The notes below the pieces were generated by a model that saw only the letters and a program-made list of their open reading frames with translations, made no database searches and was not told the origin of the DNA. 64,000 nucleotides of DNA, from the NCBI GenBank assembly GCA_038883795.1, contig JAVZLK010000003.1, positions 64,001-128,000 on the forward strand. Reading direction: 5' to 3'. Positions within the stretch are counted from its first letter, which is position 1; the number at the start of each line of letters is the position of its first letter. The DNA is from Candidatus Bathyarchaeia archaeon. Its GTDB lineage: Archaea > Thermoproteota > Bathyarchaeia > Bathyarchaeales > Bathycorpusculaceae. Of this stretch, positions 55,900 to 64,000 are shown piece after piece. A program made the position numbers and the translations under genes.

Positions 55900-58779
55900 T
55901 TACCAGAACCTTTTGGTAAGGGCTTTCCGTTCTGCTTCCAAAACAAGTTCATAGAATTTGTCGCTAAGCTTTTTCTCTTCTTCAAGAACTTCTTTAACAT
56001 CTGATGGTTGAACTTTTCTTGCACAAAGTGCAATCGCAGCGGCTTTTCCATATTTTGTTATTAACTGAGCTGTTTGCAATGCTTGTTTTCGTAGTTTCTC
56101 CTCGCTTTTTGTCAGTTTTTCACCCTTCTTTTCAATGAGCGGAAGCGCCTTCTCCTCTTCCACCTTCAGAAGCCCTATTGCTTGGGAGCCGCATCTTGGA
56201 CATTTTGGTTTGTCCGGTAAATCCTTGGCTCGTATCATTTCCATGTAGCCCCAGCAGTTTGTGCATATGAAATTGCATGTTTCATTAAGTAATCGGGCTT
56301 TAACAGATTCTATAAGCACAGCGCGCATCCTTTCGGGAGGAATTAAATCAGTTTTCATGCTCACCCTTTCAATTCCAACACGAGCCACTGGTGTTGCATT
56401 TCCGCCAGTTTCAACTTTTTGCAGTTGAATTTCGCCTTCCCGAACTTTCTTAAGCACAAAAACAAGCTTTTCCAAATCCAAATCTTTAGTGAAAACTTCT
56501 TTCAGTGCCTCTTCAAAAATTGGTGTGCCTTCAAAACTTTTTATCAGCCTTTGGAGGCTTACATTGCTGAAGTCAGCCCACTTCTGGAGGGCTCCGAAAC
56601 GTCTTGCCACATGAATCATTCTTCTTTTGAAAAGGCCAGTTTTCACAGTTGCCCTTCTCAGAGTGTCCCTAATTGTTTGGTCTGGCATGGCTCGTATTTC
56701 ATCGAAAAGCGCTATGAGTTGGTCAGCGTTTGCGGCGCCCATTGTTTGCACAAATATGCGGTACGGGTCATGTTGGACAACCACGGCGTAGCCTATCTTT
56801 TCAGACAATAACTGGCCAATTAGTTGGGCGAGGGCTCTGTTCGTAAGGGAACCGAAGTTTGCGTGGATTATAACGAATTCTTCCCAATCTTCGATTATTA
56901 TTCGTTTATCTGTTGGAACCAGAATTCCAGCATTTACTTGTTCTATTGTTTCTGCTAAAGCCCGCAAGATTGTATCCTTGTCTGATGGATAATTTTCGCT
57001 TAATTTGGTTGCTGTTTCTTCTGGAGAAAGCCCCTTTAGCATTTGTTCTTCAACAAAACCCCTAATTGCGCCAACTTCTTGCGCCACTTCAAAGGGCACT
57101 GGGATTTCTTCGCCTATCCAGCTTGGTATGGCGCCAGTTGGGTCGTCAACTGGTCTAACATAAACGCGTTCTTCTGATATGTGGAGGATGCGCCATGGGC
57201 TTCCTCTGATGATGAATTTTGTTCCAGGCTTGCCATACTCTGCCATGAAGGCTTCGTCTAAGACGCCTATGGCTGTGTCGCTGGATTCGTCAACAACCAA
57301 GAATTGTTTTTCTTCTGGTATCATTGATAAATTGTCAAAGTAATATTCAAAGAGGGCTTTTGTTCTTCTTGGTTTTAGGACAACTTTGTCTTCAAAGGAA
57401 ACCCATGCCAAACGGGGAAAACGCTGATGCATATACAGAAGAATTTTTTCTATGTCTTCTAATGTTAAATCTTGGTAGGGGTAGGCGTTTCTGAACATTT
57501 CCAAAATCTCGTCGAATTCAAGCCGCCTATTTTTTAGAAGCAAACCAGCTATCTGATGAGCGAGGGCATCGTAAGGCTTTGGTGGAATGTCCACTGGCTC
57601 TAAATCTTCCTTTAGGGCTCTTCTTGCTATGGCTAAAGCCTCAAGTGTATCATCAGAATCCATGGCAACAATTAACCCTTCAGCTATGCGCCCAATTCTG
57701 TGGCCGCTTCTGCCAACCCGCTGAATAAGCCTTGTCACTTGTCTTGGGCTCATGTATTGGATGACCAGGTCTATTCTGCCCACATCTATGCCTAATTCCA
57801 GACTGCTTGTGCACACAAGCCCTTTTAGTTCGCCTGATTTTAAGCCTCTTTCTGCTGCTATGCGGGATGGTTTGGCAAGGGAGCCATGGTGTATGGAAAC
57901 TGGGAAGTCTATGTCCCAAACTTTGAATCTGCTAGCCAAAACTTCTGATATGGCTCTGGTGTTTGTGAACAAAAGCACAGACTTATGCTTGCTCATGTAT
58001 TCACGGATTATTCGCAGTCTTGCTGCAACCTCTGGATGCGTATAGAGCTGTTCAGCAAGTTTGAAGTCTAAATCTTCTGGCTTTGGAAAAACAATTTTCA
58101 ACCGCATCATTCTGGCAACTGGAACACGAACAATTTCGATGCTCCTGCCATTGCCAACAAGAAACTGCCCCACCTTCTCTGGACTGCCAATGGTGGCTGA
58201 TAAACCAATTATTTGAAAGTCTCTGCCAATCATAGCTCTAAGCCTTTCTAAGGCTAGAGAAAGCTGACTTCCGCGTTTGCTGTCAGCCATCTCATGAACT
58301 TCGTCAATTATCACCCACCGCACTTGTTGCAGATGCTGGCGCATAATCCAGCCGGACAATATAGCCTGCAAGGTTTCTGGGGTTGTTATTAGAATGTCTG
58401 GGGGGCTTCTGGCTTGTCTTGTCCGCTCCTTTGTTTCCGTATCACCATGCCTAACAGCCAATTTTATGTCTAAATTGTTACACCACCACTCAAGCCTCTC
58501 CAGCATGTCACGGTTTAAAGCCCGCAAAGGCGTAATATATAAGACCTTAATGCCTGGAGTTCCCTGCTGTCCTTGCAAAAGCATGCTTAAGACCGGAAGA
58601 AAGGCAGCTTCAGTTTTGCCGGTAGCCGTTGGCGATATAAGCAAGACATTTTTGCCCTCAAGAATTTTTGGTATGGTTTTTTCTTGGGGTTCTGTTGGTT
58701 TAGAGAATCCCCTCTGCTCAATGAGCCTTCGAATGGGCTTAACAAGCAAGTTAAAAGCGTTTTTCGGCTGGTCTTTCAA
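55900..58779 (-). CDS. lhr: Lhr-family SF2 helicase with C-terminal Zn finger
   Basis: PTATGKT, PLRALNRD, TTPE, DEVH, SAT, HHGSL, SLELGID, QRVGRSGH, WIGE; CTNC...CPRC. Confidence 0.93.
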   Translation of the reverse strand: MKDQPKNAFNLLVKPIRRLIEQRGFSKPTEPQEKTIPKILEGKNVLLISPTATGKTEAAFLPVLSMLLQGQQGTPGIKVLYITPLRALNRDMLERLEWWCNNLDIKLAVRHGDTETKERTRQARSPPDILITTPETLQAILSGWIMRQHLQQVRWVIIDEVHEMADSKRGSQLSLALERLRAMIGRDFQIIGLSATIGSPEKVGQFLVGNGRSIEIVRVPVARMMRLKIVFPKPEDLDFKLAEQLYTHPEVAARLRIIREYMSKHKSVLLFTNTRAISEVLASRFKVWDIDFPVSIHHGSLAKPSRIAAERGLKSGELKGLVCTSSLELGIDVGRIDLVIQYMSPRQVTRLIQRVGRSGHRIGRIAEGLIVAMDSDDTLEALAIARRALKEDLEPVDIPPKPYDALAHQIAGLLLKNRRLEFDEILEMFRNAYPYQDLTLEDIEKILLYMHQRFPRLAWVSFEDKVVLKPRRTKALFEYYFDNLSMIPEEKQFLVVDESSDTAIGVLDEAFMAEYGKPGTKFIIRGSPWRILHISEERVYVRPVDDPTGAIPSWIGEEIPVPFEVAQEVGAIRGFVEEQMLKGLSPEETATKLSENYPSDKDTILRALAETIEQVNAGILVPTDKRIIIEDWEEFVIIHANFGSLTNRALAQLIGQLLSEKIGYAVVVQHDPYRIFVQTMGAANADQLIALFDEIRAMPDQTIRDTLRRATVKTGLFKRRMIHVARRFGALQKWADFSNVSLQRLIKSFEGTPIFEEALKEVFTKDLDLEKLVFVLKKVREGEIQLQKVETGGNATPVARVGIERVSMKTDLIPPERMRAVLIESVKARLLNETCNFICTNCWGYMEMIRAKDLPDKPKCPRCGSQAIGLLKVEEEKALPLIEKKGEKLTKSEEKLRKQALQTAQLITKYGKAAAIALCARKVQPSDVKEVLEEEKKLSDKFYELVLEAERKALTKRFW

Positions 58780-58893
58780 GCTTGGTTAAACCTCGAATGC
58801 TAAAGAATAAGCATGAAACCACAAGTAAAAGCATTTTGGAAAACCCTTCAAATAGCTTATATCCGCTTACTATAATGATAAAGAAAGAGAGAA

Positions 58894-59409
58894 ATGTCGT
58901 CAACTAAAAAGAAGAGAAAAAGAAGAAAAAGAGTTCGAAAAAGAAAGGCGCAAATCGAGATAAGACAGATGACGCTGGAAGACCTTTCAGAGGTTTGGCA
59001 TTTAGGCGAGAAAATATTCACACCGTCAAGCTTACAATTCACATATAGGACATGGAACATTGACGAGCTATTATCCTACTTCTACAGCGACCAAGAACTA
59101 TGCCTAGTAGCCGAAAACACTTTCACCAAAAAAATTGTAGGATTCGCCCTAGGAACCATACTGAAACGACCCTTCAGCCCATGGACATATGGCTATTTCG
59201 TTTGGGCTGGAGTGCAAAAAATGAGGCAAAAAAGCGGAGTTGGAAGAAGGTTGTATAAGGAGTTGGAGAAGCGGTTCAAGGATAAGGGCGCCCGTATTGT
59301 AATAGTTGATGTGGAAAGCAGCAATCAAGCAGGCATACATTATATTAAGAAATTAGGATTTAAGGAAGCCCAATCTTATATATGGTACTCAAAGAACATA
59401 GAACAGTAA
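58894..59409 (+). CDS. GNAT acetyltransferase with polybasic N-terminal tail
   Basis: IRQMTLED, RQKSGVGRRL acetyl-CoA motif, N..GI..YxKLGF. Confidence 0.85.
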   Translation: MSSTKKKRKRRKRVRKRKAQIEIRQMTLEDLSEVWHLGEKIFTPSSLQFTYRTWNIDELLSYFYSDQELCLVAENTFTKKIVGFALGTILKRPFSPWTYGYFVWAGVQKMRQKSGVGRRLYKELEKRFKDKGARIVIVDVESSNQAGIHYIKKLGFKEAQSYIWYSKNIEQ

Positions 59410-59861
59410 AAAATGATAGATCAGTAGGATATCCTTTCACATAATGTTTTAGGTATTATATGTGTTTGTTGGATGATTTTGCATTTTTGATGTAATTTGT
59501 GAAACTTGTTTAATGTTGTTTCTCATTAAATCTGCTATTGAAGCAAATTCATGCGTCACTAAAAAATAATCTTTATGCCCATCTTAAACGTGTCATCAAT
59601 AGCTTTTTCCTTGAACTTTGTCATCAGCATTTGTTAAAAGCTTATTTTAATGTCTGTTAAATCCCATGTTAACATGGTTTGTGCCAAATTTAGAAGAATA
59701 TTCACACAAATTAAGTCAAATTTTCCTTCATTAAGCACGTTCTTCAAATCACATACGCATTTTTAGGTTTTAACTTGAAAGCTTTTGCAAAATATTTTCC
59801 ATGATTTGTAAGGAAGATGTTTAAACTTGATGTCTAATCTGGGGTTTTCTATTCGAAAACA

Positions 59862-59880
59862 ATGGAAAGTTTTTTATGTA
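59862..59880 (+). promoter_or_regulatory. BRE/TATA of the Cren7-like genes
   Basis: GGAAAG-TTTTTTATGTA about 45-60 nt upstream of ATG 59926; GGAGG SD at 59914-59918. Confidence 0.5.
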
Positions 59881-59925
59881 TCATCATACGAAACCATGGT
59901 AATCGAGGATATTGGAGGAAATTAA

Positions 59926-60096
59926 ATGGCTAAATGTCCAAAATGTGGAACCGTTGTTAACACGCCTAAGAAGAAATGGACGATGGCTGGACGCCCAGAC
60001 AAATCCGGAAAAAGAATGCAATTAGAAATCGGACTCTTCGACTGTCCCAAATGCAAGAAGCCATTCCGAGAAGTCCTAAGCAAGAAGAAAGTTTAA
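59926..60096 (+). CDS. Cren7-like Zn-ribbon chromatin protein (56 aa, missed by ORF track)
   Basis: Manual translation MAKCPKCGTVVNTPKKKWTMAGRPDKSGKRMQLEIGLFDCPKCKKPFREVLSKKKV; matches the Cren7 pattern P.K.W.L...G....IGLF..P...K.FR; strong SD. Confidence 0.8.
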   Translation: MAKCPKCGTVVNTPKKKWTMAGRPDKSGKRMQLEIGLFDCPKCKKPFREVLSKKKV

Positions 60097-60112
60097 AATA
60101 GCCTAAAAGCAA

Positions 60113-60340
60113 ATGGCGACCTCAATGCCTAAAAGTCAAACAAAAGAACACATCTGCCCAGAATGTGGAACACTTGCAAAGGAACCATACAAAACATGGG
60201 AGCTTATCGCTCCGTTTCCAGACAAAAAGATGAGGATAACCCTAACAATCTTCGGCATGTACGAATGTCCAAAATGTGGCAAAAAATTCAAAGACATAGT
60301 GAGTAAAGCCAAGCTGGGCGCAGAAGGCATAGAACTTTAG
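60113..60340 (+). CDS. Cren7-like Zn-ribbon protein (second paralog)
   Basis: CPECG...P.KTWELIAPFPDK...IFGMYECPKCGKKF. Confidence 0.75.
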   Translation: MATSMPKSQTKEHICPECGTLAKEPYKTWELIAPFPDKKMRITLTIFGMYECPKCGKKFKDIVSKAKLGAEGIEL

Positions 60341-60350
60341 GCTTACACTT

Positions 60351-60381
60351 ATCCCCTCTTCCCCTATTTTTCCTGTTTTTC
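60351..60381 (+). terminator. Pyrimidine/oligo-T terminator after the Cren7-like pair
   Basis: CCCCTCTTCCCCTATTTTTCCTGTTTTT. Confidence 0.5.
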
Positions 60382-60448
60382 ACCGTTAAGTTTTAAAACA
60401 TGGATGCTTAAATCAACAAGAACTCTTTAGCAAAGGAAGCGTAAATAA

Positions 60449-61390
60449 TTGGCATTAGAAACTCTAAAAAAACTTTGGAAAAACGAATATTTCCAAACAA
60501 TTATAACACTTATCTTGCTCGTTGTACTTGTTTTCGGCTTCTGGTATATCACTCAAACAGCATTAAGAACAGAATACCCCGCGTTGGCGGTGGCTTCTCA
60601 AAGCATGCTGCCAACATTAAATGTAGGCGACCTCATAATAGTTCAAGGGGTCCCTCCGGAAGAAATAAACGCAGCTCCGATGACTGGCGACATTATTGTC
60701 TTCAAAAAAGCAGGTAATGACCTTGTGGTCCATAGGGCAATTGAAAAAATAAGCGGCCGAAATGGTTATTTATTCGTAACGAAGGGAGATAACAACCCAA
60801 GTCCAGACCCTGAAAAGGTTGATGGAAAAGCAATTGTAGGGAGGGTTGTGGCAAGAATTCCCTGGATAGGCAATTTTGCTTTACTATTGCATTCGCAACA
60901 AAACATTTTTCTTTTTACAATTTTCATTCTAATCTTAATTGCCATTTTTCTCTTTTTCCCTTTTGAAACTAAAGAAGAAAAGGAAAGTGAAGAGACGTTA
61001 CTTTTTGGAAAAATACCGCTTAAAATGATTTATCTTGTAACTCTAAACATTTTTCTTATAGGTCTAATCATTTTTGGTCTTTGGGGGGCTTTTACTTTTT
61101 GGAACCCTGGCGCTGGTTCGAATAGTCAAGGCATGTATGTCACGATTTACGGAATGTTTTCTGACGTTAACTTTCATGAAACGCATTCCCTCGAAGCTTT
61201 TCTATATCAAGGTTTTCTCACATATACAATTAATTGTCAATTAAGCGATGGGCTGCGAACCGGCGTTCCAACATTTTCATGGAGCCAAGCTGCAATAATC
61301 CTTCTTATGCTGTTGGATGCTTGGACTTTGATAAAGATTTTAAGAAAAAAGGGGAAATTGAAGCTTAAACGAGGGCGAGAGGGCATTTAA
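60449..61390 (+). CDS. Signal peptidase I (archaeal Sec11 type) with C-terminal membrane extension
   Basis: SQSMLPTL..GD, GDIIVF, VHR, TKGDNN..D. Confidence 0.9.
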   Translation: MALETLKKLWKNEYFQTIITLILLVVLVFGFWYITQTALRTEYPALAVASQSMLPTLNVGDLIIVQGVPPEEINAAPMTGDIIVFKKAGNDLVVHRAIEKISGRNGYLFVTKGDNNPSPDPEKVDGKAIVGRVVARIPWIGNFALLLHSQQNIFLFTIFILILIAIFLFFPFETKEEKESEETLLFGKIPLKMIYLVTLNIFLIGLIIFGLWGAFTFWNPGAGSNSQGMYVTIYGMFSDVNFHETHSLEAFLYQGFLTYTINCQLSDGLRTGVPTFSWSQAAIILLMLLDAWTLIKILRKKGKLKLKRGREGI

Positions 61391-61486
61391 ATACACGCCA
61401 TTCTTCAATTTTATGGTGTGGGAAAGGTTTTTGAGACCTAAGGCTTTATAAAGGTATTTAAGCATTCAATATGAAAAGTGATACTT

Positions 61487-62047
61487 ATGCCAAAAGTTAA
61501 AGCTATAATAAATATCGAAAACGTTGTTGCTTCTGCAACATTAAACCAGAAAGTTGATTTAAACGCTGTTGTTAAGGGTTATCCAGGCGTAGAATACCGT
61601 CCAGAACAGTTTCCAGGGCTTGTTTTTAGGCTTAAAAGACCAAAAACAGCCACTTTGATTTTCAATTCTGGGAAAATGGTTTGCACAGGCGCAAAATCAG
61701 AGAAAGAAGCACGAAGGGCAGTTATGAAGGTGATTAAGGAGTTAAAAAAGGGTGGAATAATAATCATTAGCAAGCCGGAACTAAAAATACAAAATATTGT
61801 GGCTTCTGCGGGCTTGGGTGGAATGATAGACTTAGAAAAAGCAGCGTCCACCCTTGGAAAAACAATGTATGAGCCAGAGCAGTTTCCAGGTTTGATTTAT
61901 AGAATGGATGAGCCAAAAGTGGTTATACTATTGTTTGCAAGCGGAAAACTTGTCTGCACCGGAGCCAAAAGGGAGCAAGACGTTTACGATGCTGTCCACA
62001 AACTTCATAAAATATTGGAAGACCAAGAACTAATATTCTACGAGTAA
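61487..62047 (+). CDS. tbp: TATA-box binding protein
   Basis: Two repeats NVVAS/NIVAS, Y.PEQFPGL, LIF.SGK.VCTGAK; start refined to ATG 61487. Confidence 0.97.
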   Translation: MPKVKAIINIENVVASATLNQKVDLNAVVKGYPGVEYRPEQFPGLVFRLKRPKTATLIFNSGKMVCTGAKSEKEARRAVMKVIKELKKGGIIIISKPELKIQNIVASAGLGGMIDLEKAASTLGKTMYEPEQFPGLIYRMDEPKVVILLFASGKLVCTGAKREQDVYDAVHKLHKILEDQELIFYE

Positions 62048-62068
62048 AGCCTTGAGCCTTATCCTATT

Positions 62069-62689
62069 TTACCTCTTTTTAATCTGCCTCAAAATAGTTT
62101 TTAATTGTTCCTCATCTATTGCTCCAATCTCATATAGCTTAGTCGCTATCTCGCTAACCTTGAGCAAAGCATGAACCTTTATCCCACTTTTTTCAAGTTT
62201 TTCTTTTCCGCCTTCTTCACGGTCTAAAAGCACGACAGCATCATTTACAACTCCACCCTCAGTTCTTATGGCTTTCGCTGCCCTTTCCAAAGATAAACCA
62301 GTTGTAATTAAATCGTCAATTAATAGGATGCGGTCTCCAGGCGCAATTATCCCTTCTATTCTTCTTTGTCTTCCATGAAGGCGGATGTCTTTGCGAATGT
62401 AGAGGAAGGGTTTCCTTAAATGGTATGCAACTAAAGATGCAAAGGGCATGCCTGCTATGGGAATTCCAGCTATTCTTTCAAAGTTTTCTGTGCCAATTTC
62501 CGCTTTTATGAAGTTTACATAAAAATCGCAAATTCTATGAAATGCGTCTGAAAAACTTGGTATTACCCTTAAGTCTATGTAGTAGGGGCTTATTTTCCCG
62601 CTTGTAAGTCTAAAAGCTCCAAACTGAAGCGCATCTATCTTTTTTAATATTTTGCATATTTCAACCTTAACTGCTTTGTTTTCTTCCAT
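62069..62689 (-). CDS. pyrE: Orotate phosphoribosyltransferase
   Basis: FRLTSGKISPYYID, RK...HG, LLIDDLITTG, DRE; start refined to ATG 62689. Confidence 0.93.
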   Translation of the reverse strand: MEENKAVKVEICKILKKIDALQFGAFRLTSGKISPYYIDLRVIPSFSDAFHRICDFYVNFIKAEIGTENFERIAGIPIAGMPFASLVAYHLRKPFLYIRKDIRLHGRQRRIEGIIAPGDRILLIDDLITTGLSLERAAKAIRTEGGVVNDAVVLLDREEGGKEKLEKSGIKVHALLKVSEIATKLYEIGAIDEEQLKTILRQIKKR

Positions 62690-62699
62690 GGACAAAATT

Positions 62700-63392
62700 T
62701 CACGTCCGCTTGGAAATCTGGTATATTTTGCCAACTTCTGGAACCAAACAGGTGATTTTTGGCATTTCCCTCTTCAAAATTTCAGCAAACTTCTTTTGAT
62801 CCGATGCTGAACCTGTATGATATGGAACAGCAACTTTAGGCCTGGTTAACCTTGCAATCTCAGCGCCTGTTTCTGGAGAAGTCCCAGGGGCAATTCCAAC
62901 CGTGCAGAAAACTAAATCAAACTTTTCTTTCTCGCCTATAGTTGCCATTTCTGGAAATGGTAGGCTGTCTGCTGTGTGAAAGATTTTAACTCCATCCTCG
63001 CTTGTGATTATGAAGGATACAGGCGTGGCTGCTGGAGGATGATTACATTTTTCACCCTTTATTGAAACTGCACCAAGTTTCACTTCTGCACCCGGTTGAA
63101 TTTCTTGCAATTTTTCTGGGGCAACAACATTTCGCAATCTTTTTGCGGATGTGGGGTCAGCCACAACCACACATAATGTGTTTTTGTGGATTTCTGAAAT
63201 TAGCGATTGGTCTAAATGGTCATAGTGTTCGTGGCTGATTAAAATGGCATCTACACTTTTGAAAGTGCGCGGCTTAACTTCTACAGGGTCTATCACAAGG
63301 GTTTTTGTTGGAGTTTTTATGGTTACTCCAGCATAGCGATTAAACCACGCAAACAATATTTCATTTTTGGCAGGAGTCTTCTCAATAGCCAT
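62700..63392 (-). CDS. MBL-fold metallo-hydrolase (UlaG/UPF0173-like)
   Basis: IDP, SHEHYDH, FHTADS, VPYH. Confidence 0.85.
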   Translation of the reverse strand: MAIEKTPAKNEILFAWFNRYAGVTIKTPTKTLVIDPVEVKPRTFKSVDAILISHEHYDHLDQSLISEIHKNTLCVVVADPTSAKRLRNVVAPEKLQEIQPGAEVKLGAVSIKGEKCNHPPAATPVSFIITSEDGVKIFHTADSLPFPEMATIGEKEKFDLVFCTVGIAPGTSPETGAEIARLTRPKVAVPYHTGSASDQKKFAEILKREMPKITCLVPEVGKIYQISKRT

Positions 63393-63532
63393 ACTTGATT
63401 CCTCCAGCTAATAATTATGCGCTTTAGTTTTTAAAGAACTTGTGCTGCTCTATGCAAATTTTTACGAATACTATTTTGGTAAGGCTTAATAGTTGCTGTT
63501 TACGTGTTTTCATATTTAAAAAGTGATGTCTG

Positions 63533-64000
63533 ATGGTTGACGTTTGGCTTCCGTATGGAAAAACTGAAGTGTGCGCTAGAATTCCCACAAGAAACTTTCT
63601 AGGCACAATTGAGCCAAGGGAAAAGCCGGGCGTGCCAGACGCTAAGGCAGAGATTGAAAGGGCTTTGAAAGAACCTATTGGCTCTAAAAGGTTAAGCGAA
63701 ATCGTTAAGCCAGAAAATAAGGTGGCTATCGTTGTTGATGATGCAACTAGACCCGCGCCAAGCCATCTTATGGTTCCGCCGTTGTTGGATGAGTTGAATA
63801 TGGCTGGTGTTAAAGACGAAAATATAACAATCATTTTTGGCTGTGGAGGACATAGGGCTGTTACGCGGGAAGAGGCAGTTAGTCTATTAGGCGAAGTTAT
63901 TCTTAATCGTGTAAAAACTGTAAGCCACAACTCTAAGGCTCAAGACCTTGTTTATGTTGGCACAACACAGAAGTATGGAACAAAAGTTTATTTAAATCGC
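63533..64000 (+). CDS. larA: LarA-family nickel-pincer racemase/epimerase, 3'-truncated by window edge
   Basis: Manual translation MVDVWLPYGK...ALKEPIGS..L...VAIVVDDATRP...GCGGHR...HN; open to the window end; not in ORF track. Confidence 0.85.
   Translation, partial: MVDVWLPYGKTEVCARIPTRNFLGTIEPREKPGVPDAKAEIERALKEPIGSKRLSEIVKPENKVAIVVDDATRPAPSHLMVPPLLDELNMAGVKDENITIIFGCGGHRAVTREEAVSLLGEVILNRVKTVSHNSKAQDLVYVGTTQKYGTKVYLNR

Noticed and set aside
59560-59630. C/D box sRNA (two TGATGA boxes on the minus strand)
   Set aside because: No properly placed CTGA D/D' boxes
59410-59925. Replication origin
   Set aside because: No ORB consensus repeats recognised and no cdc6/orc1 nearby
805-61851. Numerous other 60-145 aa ORFs nested in or antisense to confident genes
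   Set aside because: No recognisable motifs or SD; expected shadow ORFs
61601-61890. Direct repeat CCAGARCAGTTTCCAGG
   Set aside because: Reflects the internal two-fold repeat of TBP (PEQFPG), not a DNA element
63424-63930. 168-aa minus-strand ORF
   Set aside because: Antisense shadow of larA
1-64000. CRISPR arrays, tRNA/rRNA genes, transposases, integrases, proviral genes
   Set aside because: None seen by eye and intergenic gaps are mostly too short; a tRNAscan/Infernal run would be needed to exclude small or intron-split RNAs

Overview
Gene-dense archaeal chromosomal window of roughly 40% GC by eye. A TACK-type archaeon, plausibly Bathyarchaeia, is inferred from SmAP3, a short XPF, PUA-less TgtA, Cren7-like proteins and TBP; taxonomy was not tested. 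I saw no rRNA, tRNA, CRISPR array or mobile element. From left to right: (1) a pentameric ligand-gated ion channel gene running off the left edge, absent from the ORF track; (2) a tgtA/PHP/beta-CASP/archaemetzincin/presenilin operon; (3) an XPD-DUF72 / XPF repair cluster; (4) a roughly 32 kb cell-surface region with nucleotide-sugar genes, a complete type IV pilus locus with unusual minor pilins, an adhesin, and a glycosylation locus with an AftD-like GT-C protein and a probable S-layer glycoprotein; (5) a divergent asnA/Lrp pair with a palindromic operator; (6) a winged-helix RecA/KaiC-type ATPase coupled to an HTH-extended DNA ligase; (7) a chromatin-like neighbourhood with a lysine methyltransferase, Lhr, a basic-tailed GNAT, two tandem Zn-ribbon Cren7-like genes (one missed by the ORF track) and TBP; (8) pyrE and a partial larA at the right edge. 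All calls come from motif recognition by eye; no database searches were run.
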